The notes under the pieces were generated by a model that saw only the letters and a list, made by a program, of their open reading frames with translations, did no database searches and was not told the DNA's origin. A program made the position numbers and the translations under genes. DNA of 63,999 nucleotides, counting the filler. It is 14 parts of 14 records of this genome, joined end to end, with 100 filler letters (N's around TTAATTAATTAA, not from the genome) between each part and the next. Parts side by side here need not be neighbours in the genome. Positions count along the whole stretch, not along the records: positions 1 to 17,045 come from SRR9188676_2764; positions 17,146 to 22,466 come from SRR9188676_2772; 12 more parts are not named here. The stretch is one strand, 5' to 3'. Positions 9,280 through 17,964 of this stretch are shown one piece after another. Position 1 is the stretch's first letter; each line of letters opens with the position of its first letter.

Positions 9280-12200
9280 ATGATAGATTCAATCATTCGA
9301 TTCAGCATATATAATAAGCTGACAATCGGTTTATTGGTATTGGCATTGGCGACTTGGGGTGGTGTTTCACTAACTCAATTAACCATTGATGCCCTTCCAG
9401 ATATTACTTCCAATCAGGTGCAAGTAATTACGCAGTCGCCAGCTTTGCCTGCTTCTGAAGTAGAAAAATTTATTACTTATCCGCTAGAAATCTCATTAAG
9501 AACTGTTCCTAATACCAAAGAAATTCGTTCAATTTCAAGAATGGGTTTATCGGTTATTACTGTCGTTTTTGATGACGATGTGCCTACCGAAAAAGCCAGA
9601 CAACAAGTTTCTGAAAAAATTAGAGAAGCAGAACCTAATTTAATTGCTGGTGCTGGTCGCCCAGAGATGGCGCCAATTACCACTGGTCTTGGCGAATTTT
9701 ACCAATATACTTTGGTCGTTGACCCAAAATTCAAAGACAAATACTCTTTAGCTGATTTACGAACCTTGCAAGATTGGGTTGTGAAAAGACAACTTTTAGG
9801 CATAAAAGGCGTCGTAGAAGTAAGTTCTTTTGGTGGACATTTGAAGCAATACGAAGTCTCAATTAACCCAGAAAAACTAAGAGCGATGAATTTGAGCGTC
9901 GCAGAAGTATTTCAAGCTTTGCAAGATAACAATGCCAATTCTGGCGGTAGTTATATCGAGAAAGGTACAGATGCTTACTTTATTCGTTCGGAAGGAAGAG
10001 TAAATAGTTTGCAAGATATTGAAAACGTTGTGATTACTACTCGTGGAGGCGTTCCTGTGTTGGTAAATGATGTGGCGAAAGTTCAGTTTGGTCATGCAGT
10101 GCGATATGGAGCGATGACTCGTAATGGCGAAGGTGAAGCTGTTGGCGCAGTTGTACTTTTACTGAAAGGTGAATCTGCCGAAAAAGTAGTGGTAGATGTT
10201 AAGAAAAGAGTAGCAGAAATTCAAAAATCTTTGCCAGAAGGCGTAAAAGTAGAATCGTTTATTGATAGGAGTAAACTGATTGATAAGTCTATCGGTACGG
10301 TTCAGAAAAACTTGATTGAAGGTGGTTTAATCGTGGTTTTTATTTTGGTTTTATTCTTGGGAAATTTCAGGGCAGGTTTGGTCGTTGCTTCGGTGATTCC
10401 ACTTTGTTTACTTTTTTCTTTTGCCATGATGAAACTCTTTGGTGTGTCGGCTAATTTGATGTCACTTGGTGCGATTGACTTTGGTTTGATTGTCGATGGA
10501 GCAGTAATTATCGTAGAAGCCGTTGTACACCGATTACACACTAAAACCATTCCTGAAAATCATGACGGACAAGCTTACAGACTCACTCAGCTTGAAATGA
10601 ATGAATCTGTGTATGATTCAGCCGTTACGATTCGGAAATCTGCTGCATTTGGTGAAATCATCATTTTGATTGTTTACTTCCCAATACTTGCCTTGACGGG
10701 TATCGAAGGAAAAATGTTTCGCCCAATGGCTGAAACGGTAAGTTTTGCCATTATTGGCGCATTGATTTTGTCGTTGACTTACGTGCCGATGATGTCTTCT
10801 TTATGTTTAAGTAAAAAGATTGACCATTCAGAAACCATTGCTGATAAAATTATCAACTTTTTATATCGTTTCTATCAACCAATTATTACTTGGTCGTTGA
10901 ATAAGAAAACGATTATTTTAAGTACTTCATTGGCATTTTTTGTAGCAAGTTTGATGCTTTTCGGCAGTTTGGGCGGTGAATTTATTCCTGAATTGAATGA
11001 AGGTGATTTTGCTGTTGAAACCATTCTTCACAGTAATGCTTCATTGTCTCAAAGTGTGTATTCTAACAATGAAGCAGAAAAGCTTTTACTTCGTGAATTT
11101 CCCGATGAAATAGTGCAAATAGTGTCCAGAATTGGTTCTTCCGAAATTCCAACTGATCCAATGGGTATCAATGCCTGTGATTTAATTATTGATTTGAAAG
11201 ATACCAAAGAATGGAAAAAAGCGGAAACGATGGAAGAACTCGCCCAAAAAATGGATGATGTTTTGAAAGATATTCCGGGTGTCACTTTTGAATTTACGCA
11301 ACCTATTCAAATGCGTTTTAATGAATTAATTGCAGGCGTAAAGTCGGATGTAGCCATTAAAATTTTTGGAGAAGATTTAGATGTTTTATTCGAAAAAGCC
11401 CAAGAAGTAGCCAAGAAGATTCATAAAGTAAATGGTATCGCTGATATGAAAGTACAGCAAATTGATGGCGTACCACAAATGGTGGTAACTTACAATCGTC
11501 AGAAAATAGCTCAATATGGTTTAAAAATCAGCAATCTGAATACTTTGTTGAAATCAGCTTTTGCAGGCGAAGAAGCAGGCGTTGTTTATGAAGGAGAAAA
11601 ACGTTTTGGTTTGGTTATTCGATTGGATTCTTCGTACAGAAAAGACATCCAAAATATCCGAGATTTATACTTGGATTTACCCAATGGTGGTAAAATTCCT
11701 TTCTCGGAAGTAGCAGAAATTTCATACAAAGATGCGCCTGCTGAAATTACCAGAGATAATGCTCGCCGTAGAATTTCGATTGGTATTAATGTTAGAAATC
11801 GTGATGTAGAAAGCTTGGTGAAAGAAGTTCAAACGATTATCGACAAACAAGTAAAACTCCCAATTGGCTATACCGTTGAATATGGTGGTGCTTTCGAGAA
11901 TCTTCAAGCCGCTAAAAGTAGATTGTTTATTGCTGTGCCTGTGGCACTTTTCTTAATTTTTGCGCTTTTATTCTTTACGTTCAATTCTTTTGTAGAAGCC
12001 TTGATTGTCTTTGTAGCGATTCCACTTTCGGCAATTGGTGGTATTTTATCTCTTTGGTTGCGTGATATGCCTTTTTCTGTTTCAGCGGGAATTGGTTTTA
12101 TTGCTCTTTTTGGTGTAGCGGTTTTAAATGGTATCGTACTGATTTCTTACTTTAAAATTCTGGAAAAAGAAGGAATAAGTGACATTAAGCAAAGGATTTT

Positions 12201-13611
12201 AGAAGGAACAAAAACTCGTTTCAGACCCGTCATGATGACGGCGGCTGTGGCTTCGATGGGTTTTTTACCAATGGCTTTGAGCCATTCGCCCGGTGCAGAA
12301 GTACAAAGACCTTTGGCAACGGTAGTAATTGGTGGATTGATTACCGCAACCATTCTTACTTTGGTGGTTTTGCCTGTGATTTACAGTCTGGTTTTTGGTA
12401 GAAAACCAAAAGCTTCGAAAACCCTAATTACTTCAATCGCTTTATTATTGATAAGTACAGCCACTTTTGCACAAAATACTCCGCCACAGAATTTGCAAAT
12501 GTGTATTGATAAAGCGGTTCGTCAAAACCAAAATGTACAGATTGCCAATTTAGAAATTTCCGGGAATCAAGCTTTGGTAAAAACGGCTAAAGAATTGCCC
12601 AAAACCAGTTTTGATGCTCAATACGGGCGAACACAAGTTTTCAACGGAAATGATGTAACCTTTACCGTTGGACAATCTTTTGCTTTGCCAAGTTTGTATA
12701 AAGCTCAAGAAAATTTGCTAAAAGGCAATGTGTTGACGGCTGAAAAACGTGCAAAACTCACCAAAACACAATTAATAGGCGAAGTAAAAAGTGTTTACTT
12801 TCAGATTTTACATACGCATCAATTTATTCAATTATTAGCCCAGCAAGACAGCCTTTATCAGAGTGCTTTCAAAGCGGCTTCGGTGCGATACAAAACTGGC
12901 GAGACGGATTTATTAGAAAAAGTATCTTCCGAAACTCGACTCAGAGAAATCCAAAATCGTATCCAACAAAGCCAAGCTGATGAGCAGAATTTGTATCAAA
13001 CATTAAGGTTTTTGATGAATACCAACGAAAACTTTGAGATTGATTACGCAGGAAATCAACAAAAAGCAATGGTGTTAAGTAATGCTGAATTAGCTTCTAA
13101 TCCTTTCTTAGAAATCATTAAACAGCAAAGCGAAGTAAGCAAATTGCAAACCAATTTGGAACAACAACGCTTGAAACCAGATGTAAGATTGGCGCTAACC
13201 AACCAAAGTATTGAAAATCATTTCAATCAAAACTTTGTACAGCTTGGGCTAAATGTGCCGATTTTTACCAAAGCGCAACAAGCTAGAATTACCGCTTCAA
13301 AAATCAACGAGCAAGTAATTACTCAGCAATATCAGTATGCTGAAAACCAATTACAAAGTCAGTTGAATTCATTGAAAATACAGTTTGATAAAGCTGAAAA
13401 ATCACTGAATTATTACAAAAATTCAGCCTTGCCACAAGCGGAATTGATTGCTAAAACGGCTTCAAAAAGCTATCAATCAGGCGAAATTGAATATGTGGAA
13501 TTTGTACAGAATATCACACAAGCTTGGCAAATCAAAGAAAATTACTTAGCTGAACTACAGCATTTTAATCAAATTATCATCAATATCGAAACTTTAATTG
13601 GCAATGAATAA
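9280..13611 (+). CDS. czcA: CusA/CzcA heavy-metal RND efflux transporter fused to a C-terminal TolC-like outer-membrane factor
   Basis: IDALPDIT, NLMSLGAIDFGLIVDGAV, EGKMFRPMA, RFRPVMMTA and QRPLATVVIGGL, followed by about 380 aa of helical OEP-like sequence; 1443 aa total. Confidence 0.93.
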   Translation: MIDSIIRFSIYNKLTIGLLVLALATWGGVSLTQLTIDALPDITSNQVQVITQSPALPASEVEKFITYPLEISLRTVPNTKEIRSISRMGLSVITVVFDDDVPTEKARQQVSEKIREAEPNLIAGAGRPEMAPITTGLGEFYQYTLVVDPKFKDKYSLADLRTLQDWVVKRQLLGIKGVVEVSSFGGHLKQYEVSINPEKLRAMNLSVAEVFQALQDNNANSGGSYIEKGTDAYFIRSEGRVNSLQDIENVVITTRGGVPVLVNDVAKVQFGHAVRYGAMTRNGEGEAVGAVVLLLKGESAEKVVVDVKKRVAEIQKSLPEGVKVESFIDRSKLIDKSIGTVQKNLIEGGLIVVFILVLFLGNFRAGLVVASVIPLCLLFSFAMMKLFGVSANLMSLGAIDFGLIVDGAVIIVEAVVHRLHTKTIPENHDGQAYRLTQLEMNESVYDSAVTIRKSAAFGEIIILIVYFPILALTGIEGKMFRPMAETVSFAIIGALILSLTYVPMMSSLCLSKKIDHSETIADKIINFLYRFYQPIITWSLNKKTIILSTSLAFFVASLMLFGSLGGEFIPELNEGDFAVETILHSNASLSQSVYSNNEAEKLLLREFPDEIVQIVSRIGSSEIPTDPMGINACDLIIDLKDTKEWKKAETMEELAQKMDDVLKDIPGVTFEFTQPIQMRFNELIAGVKSDVAIKIFGEDLDVLFEKAQEVAKKIHKVNGIADMKVQQIDGVPQMVVTYNRQKIAQYGLKISNLNTLLKSAFAGEEAGVVYEGEKRFGLVIRLDSSYRKDIQNIRDLYLDLPNGGKIPFSEVAEISYKDAPAEITRDNARRRISIGINVRNRDVESLVKEVQTIIDKQVKLPIGYTVEYGGAFENLQAAKSRLFIAVPVALFLIFALLFFTFNSFVEALIVFVAIPLSAIGGILSLWLRDMPFSVSAGIGFIALFGVAVLNGIVLISYFKILEKEGISDIKQRILEGTKTRFRPVMMTAAVASMGFLPMALSHSPGAEVQRPLATVVIGGLITATILTLVVLPVIYSLVFGRKPKASKTLITSIALLLISTATFAQNTPPQNLQMCIDKAVRQNQNVQIANLEISGNQALVKTAKELPKTSFDAQYGRTQVFNGNDVTFTVGQSFALPSLYKAQENLLKGNVLTAEKRAKLTKTQLIGEVKSVYFQILHTHQFIQLLAQQDSLYQSAFKAASVRYKTGETDLLEKVSSETRLREIQNRIQQSQADEQNLYQTLRFLMNTNENFEIDYAGNQQKAMVLSNAELASNPFLEIIKQQSEVSKLQTNLEQQRLKPDVRLALTNQSIENHFNQNFVQLGLNVPIFTKAQQARITASKINEQVITQQYQYAENQLQSQLNSLKIQFDKAEKSLNYYKNSALPQAELIAKTASKSYQSGEIEYVEFVQNITQAWQIKENYLAELQHFNQIIINIETLIGNE

Positions 13612-14773
13612 TCTTCCAAAAAATCATATAATTTCCTTTCAAAAAGGCTTTTTATTAGGTATTACTTTATTAATCAATATTGCTTGTTCAAATACAAAAG
13701 CTGAAGAACAAGACAAAGAGGCTGAAACAATAACCGACGTCGTTACTTTATCTGCTGAACAAATCAAAAATGCAAAGCTGACTTTGGGAAATTTCGACCA
13801 AACCACTATTTCAGATGAAGTAAAAGCCAATGGTATGGTGGATGTTCCGCCGATGAATATGGCTTCTGTGAGTATTCCTATTAGCGGCTATGTAAAAAGT
13901 ACTAATATTTTGCCCGGTTCGGCAATTCGTAAAGGAGGAGTTTTAGCCACGATTTACAGTATGGATTATATCCAATTACAGCAAGATTATTTACAGGCTG
14001 TTAGTAAATTGAAGTATTTAGAGCTGGAACTCGACCGCCAGAATACTTTAAGTAAAGAAGATGTTGGTGCTAAGAAAAAACTTCAACAGGCTGATTCGGA
14101 AGTTTCGTCGATAAAAGCATTGACGAAAGCTCTTGAATTGAAACTTGAAATGATTGGCTGTTCTGTGGAAAAGCTTAAAAAAGGACAAATTTTATCTGTC
14201 ATTAATATTACTTCTCCGATTGATGGCTATGTGAAAATCGCTAATTTATCCATTGGAAAAAATGTAGCACCTATTGATGTTTTGTTTGAAATTGTTGGCG
14301 ATGCCCATAAGCATATCGAATTAAAAGTATTTGAAAACGACATCAATAAAATAAAAGTAGGACAAAAAATCATGGTAGAAAATCCGAAATTCTCGGAAAA
14401 AAACATGACCGCAACGGTTTTTTTGGTAGGAAAAAATGTTGAAGCGGATACCAAAACCATTAATATTCACGGGCATATTGATGATGAAGCGATGGAGAAT
14501 AAACTAACCGTTGGGCAGTATGTCAACACGAAAATTTTAACCGGAAAAAGAATCGTTAATACTTTGCCAGAGTCAGCAGTGGTATTGCATGGAAATGGCG
14601 GTTTTATTTTTATCAAAACGAAAGAAAATACTTTCCAGCAAATCCCAGTAAAAATTGGCATTACTGAAAGAGGAAATATCGAAGTAATTCCTGAAAAAAA
14701 TATAGGAAATCAACAGGTTGTAAAACAAGGAGCTTCTATTTTACAAGCAATGCTGACGGGTTCAGAAGAGTAA
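13604..14773 (+). CDS. RND efflux periplasmic adaptor (CzcB/CusB-like lipoprotein)
   Basis: Lipobox-like IACS, barrel-sandwich VSIPISGYV and ITSPIDGYV. Start overlaps the czcA stop (ATGAATAA). Confidence 0.92.
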   Translation: MNNLPKNHIISFQKGFLLGITLLINIACSNTKAEEQDKEAETITDVVTLSAEQIKNAKLTLGNFDQTTISDEVKANGMVDVPPMNMASVSIPISGYVKSTNILPGSAIRKGGVLATIYSMDYIQLQQDYLQAVSKLKYLELELDRQNTLSKEDVGAKKKLQQADSEVSSIKALTKALELKLEMIGCSVEKLKKGQILSVINITSPIDGYVKIANLSIGKNVAPIDVLFEIVGDAHKHIELKVFENDINKIKVGQKIMVENPKFSEKNMTATVFLVGKNVEADTKTINIHGHIDDEAMENKLTVGQYVNTKILTGKRIVNTLPESAVVLHGNGGFIFIKTKENTFQQIPVKIGITERGNIEVIPEKNIGNQQVVKQGASILQAMLTGSEE

Positions 14774-14979
14774 TTTGTAGCATAAAAAAGTGATTAAGAA
14801 ATAAATTAATGTTTAGACGCAACCGTTTAGCATTTTATCCTGTATAAAGGATTAGGACATACCAAGTATTTGGTTTTTGAAAGTAATACCCAATAATCTT
14901 TTATAGAAGATATAACTTTCATAATGTTCTACGTTTTCATCCGAGCAAATAAATATTTTTCAATTAATCCTTAAAATTT

Positions 14980-15426
14980 ATGAATACTACAGAAGAAAAA
15001 ATGAATCGCCTTACTTTTCTAAAACAACTAGGACTTTCTGGGGCAAGTTTAATGGCAGTGTATTGTGGTGTAACGATGAGTTCTTGTACTAACGAAAGCG
15101 ACGAAGTTACGCCTTTACCAAGTACAGGAATCAAATTTGATTTATCGCTAGCAGCCAATGCGGCTTTACTTACAAAAGGTGGATATGTTGTGGATAGAAC
15201 CAACAACATTGTGGTAGCCTTTACCAATGTGGGTACTTATGTGGCTGTAACGTTGATTTGTAGTCATGAAGGACAAAAACAAATTACTTATGCTACGGAT
15301 AAATTTTATTGTACTGCTCACGGCGCTACTTATGATAACACTGGAAAAGGAACGAATGCCAATGGAAGTGCTGGGTTAAAAGCTTATATGGTTACACAAA
15401 GCGGTACAGTTTTAACGATAACCTAG
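14980..15426 (+). CDS. Rieske [2Fe-2S] lipoprotein with Tat-like signal
   Basis: MNRLTFLK..MSSC signal/lipobox; CSH and CTAHG ligand motifs. Confidence 0.9.
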   Translation: MNTTEEKMNRLTFLKQLGLSGASLMAVYCGVTMSSCTNESDEVTPLPSTGIKFDLSLAANAALLTKGGYVVDRTNNIVVAFTNVGTYVAVTLICSHEGQKQITYATDKFYCTAHGATYDNTGKGTNANGSAGLKAYMVTQSGTVLTIT

Positions 15427-15525
15427 AGACCCTACAACCGAAAATTACGTATGTCTTTTCGACAGTAAATTACGAAATGGTTTTATGAAAGATTTAAAAC
15501 CATTTCGTTTAAAAATATCCAACTT

Positions 15526-16437
15526 ATGAAAAAATATCTATTGGTATTCAGTTGCTTAATTAGTTTCCAGAGTTTTTGTCAGGACGACCTGATGGATATG
15601 CTTAACAAAGAAAAAGGAACGCAACCCGAATATACTTCCGCAACATTTAAAGCGACTCGCTTAATCAATGGACAAACCATTGAAACCGTCAGTAAAAAGC
15701 ATCTTAATTTCTGGATTTCTCATCGATTTGGAGCAGTAAACTCAGGCTTTATTGATAACTTTTTTGGTTTAGACGAAGCTCGTATCAGACTCGGTTTAGA
15801 ATATGGTTTGAGTGATAACCTGACCATTGGTTTGGGCAGAAGTTCACAAGAAAAAACCTATGATTATTATGTGAAATACAAAGCAGTTCGTCAGTCGAAT
15901 AGCGTGCCTGTTACTGTTACTGGTTATTTGAGTGGTGCAGCCAATACAATGGCTACAGGTTATACACTTCCTTCTGGTTCAACCTTGAAATTTGATGATA
16001 ACTTAGAACGCCAAACATACTGTGCACAAATTCTGATTGCTCGTAAATTCAGCGATAAACTTTCTTTGCAAATTATGCCAACGGTTATTCACTTCAACAA
16101 AACAGAAGTGGAAGATATGAAAAACGATATGTTAGCATTGGGTTTTGGAGGTAGATATAAGCTTTCTAAACGAGTAACACTAAATGCCGAATATTACCTA
16201 GCAGACCACGGCAATAGCAGTATTTCAGGCAAGTACCATAATTCATTAGCAGTTGGTTTTGATATTGAAACAGGTGGACACGTTTTCCAATTGCATTTTA
16301 CCAATTCAAGAGGAATGGTAGAGCGTCATTTTATTGCTCAAACGCTTGGAGAATGGGGTAAAGGAGATATTTTCTATGGATTTAACATTGCCAGAACATT
16401 CAGTTTTGATGGCAAATCAAAGAAAGATAAGCACTAA
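15526..16437 (+). CDS. DUF5777-like outer-membrane beta-barrel protein
   Basis: Signal peptide, TFKATRLINGQT, HRFG, FFGLD, IETGGHVFQLHFTNS and terminal GFNIARTF. Confidence 0.8.
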   Translation: MKKYLLVFSCLISFQSFCQDDLMDMLNKEKGTQPEYTSATFKATRLINGQTIETVSKKHLNFWISHRFGAVNSGFIDNFFGLDEARIRLGLEYGLSDNLTIGLGRSSQEKTYDYYVKYKAVRQSNSVPVTVTGYLSGAANTMATGYTLPSGSTLKFDDNLERQTYCAQILIARKFSDKLSLQIMPTVIHFNKTEVEDMKNDMLALGFGGRYKLSKRVTLNAEYYLADHGNSSISGKYHNSLAVGFDIETGGHVFQLHFTNSRGMVERHFIAQTLGEWGKGDIFYGFNIARTFSFDGKSKKDKH

Positions 16438-16438
16438 C

Positions 16439-16981
16439 ATGAAAAAGAATATTTTAGTATTGGTTTGGGCTTTATTGATAAGTCAAGCTAGTTTTGCACA
16501 GCTATATTTTACCCAAACAGGTAAAACTAGTTTCTTTTCCAAAACACCTTTAGAAGATATTTCAGCAGTAAACAGCACAGTTTCTTCTATTTTAAACACG
16601 GCAACCAACGACATCGCCGTGCGAATGAACATCAATCAATTCAGATTTCCGAATAGATTAATGGAGGAGCATTTCAACGAAAACTATTTAGAATCAGAGA
16701 AATTTCCAGCGGCTACTTTCAAAGGCAAAATTGCTGAAAAGATAGATTTTACCAAAGAAGGTACTTATGATGTAACTGCGAAAGGAGTAATGATGATTCA
16801 CGGAGTAAGCAAAGAAAAAGTACTCACAGGGAAATTGACCGTTGGGAAAGATAATATCAGCATCGACACCAATTTTGAAATCGCTTTAGTAGATTATAAA
16901 ATTGACGTTCCTAAATTAGTTTGGGAAAAAATTGCCGAGAAAATTGCTGTTAAAAACAGCTTTTCTTTAATCAAAAAGTAA
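16439..16981 (+). CDS. YceI family protein
   Basis: Signal peptide from ATG 16439, FFSKTPLEDI, LMEEHFNENYLESEKFP and IHGV. Confidence 0.88.
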   Translation: MKKNILVLVWALLISQASFAQLYFTQTGKTSFFSKTPLEDISAVNSTVSSILNTATNDIAVRMNINQFRFPNRLMEEHFNENYLESEKFPAATFKGKIAEKIDFTKEGTYDVTAKGVMMIHGVSKEKVLTGKLTVGKDNISIDTNFEIALVDYKIDVPKLVWEKIAEKIAVKNSFSLIKK

Positions 16982-17014
16982 CAGGACTTCTCAAGTCGTA
17001 GAAGGATTTATACC

Positions 17015-17045
17015 ATCGCTCGTGTCATCACGAGCGATTTTTTTT
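17015..17045 (+). terminator. Intrinsic terminator
   Basis: ATCGCTCGTG-tcat-CACGAGCGAT followed by T7. Confidence 0.85.
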
Positions 17046-17145
17046 NNNNNNNNNNNNNNNNNNNNNNNNNNNNNNNNNNNNNNNNNNNNTTAATTAATTA
17101 ANNNNNNNNNNNNNNNNNNNNNNNNNNNNNNNNNNNNNNNNNNNN
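17046..17145. other. Artificial contig spacer N44-TTAATTAATTAA-N44 (first of 13)
   Basis: Identical 100-nt spacers also start at 22467, 24567, 27219, 31933, 36237, 39785, 43826, 47094, 50125, 55554, 58658 and 61231. The linker gives stops in all six frames. Confidence 0.99.
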
Positions 17146-17506
17146 CTAAATCGAAAATACAGTGGTTGAATAATTCTACCATTTCATCTTCGAATTCGAT
17201 GCCACGATACACGTTTTCTAAAGCACGAAGTCTGTCAACATATAAAGCTGCGCAACCTGATTTTTTCAAAGTACCGATGTCACCACCAGAGCCTTTAATC
17301 CACATCACATCAGTTTGATTTCCCGTTAATGGGTCTTTATCTACGATTTTAACAGAAGTGTTTCCACCGCCATAATTTGTTAAACGGAGATCCGCTCCTA
17401 AGAGGTTTGAGCGATAAATGAATAAAGCTACTTCGTCGCCTGCTAGTTCGGCAGCTTTGGCTTCGTCCCAAAGATAGCTTACGTATTTGAATGTCTTGGT
17501 TGCCAT
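17146..17506 (-). CDS. Bifunctional rhamnulose-1-phosphate aldolase/short-chain dehydrogenase, N-terminal part (truncated by contig end)
   Basis: YRSNLLGADLRLTNYGGGNTSVK and MWIKGSGGDIGT. Confidence 0.9.
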
Positions 17507-17964
17507 TTTTTTATAAAAAATATAATAATTAATGTTTAGCAAAACTAGAATTCTCCGTATCTTAAACCGTCCTGTACTATCATGCGGAAAAATGCGCTAT
17601 AAATGAAGCAATCCATTGTTGGGTCTTACAAGATTTAATAATAGCAACTTTTTGGGCTATTTTTAGGCTTTATTGAAGGTAAAGCGCAAAATAAATAATA
17701 GAAATTTTAACCTTTTAATGATGGAACAATAGCATTTATTAAGTATAATTACTCTAAAAGTTGCATTTTAAGCTATTTAGCAAGGCTATTATGATAAAGG
17801 TTTGGGTGTTTTTTTTAAATTTGGAGGTATTATTGCATACAAGTGCATTAAGTGAATAGAATATTGCAATACTTTGCATCTTTTGGTATTTTACACATTA
17901 AAATTATAAATAAAAAAGTAAATTTTTATTAGAAACTTATTGATAACCATTTATATAAAAAGGT

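Noticed and set aside
17090-17101. Recurrent TTAATTAATTAA as a biological repeat
   Set aside because: Always centred in N44 flanks, so it is an artificial six-frame-stop linker. ORFs ending X..LIN are artefacts.
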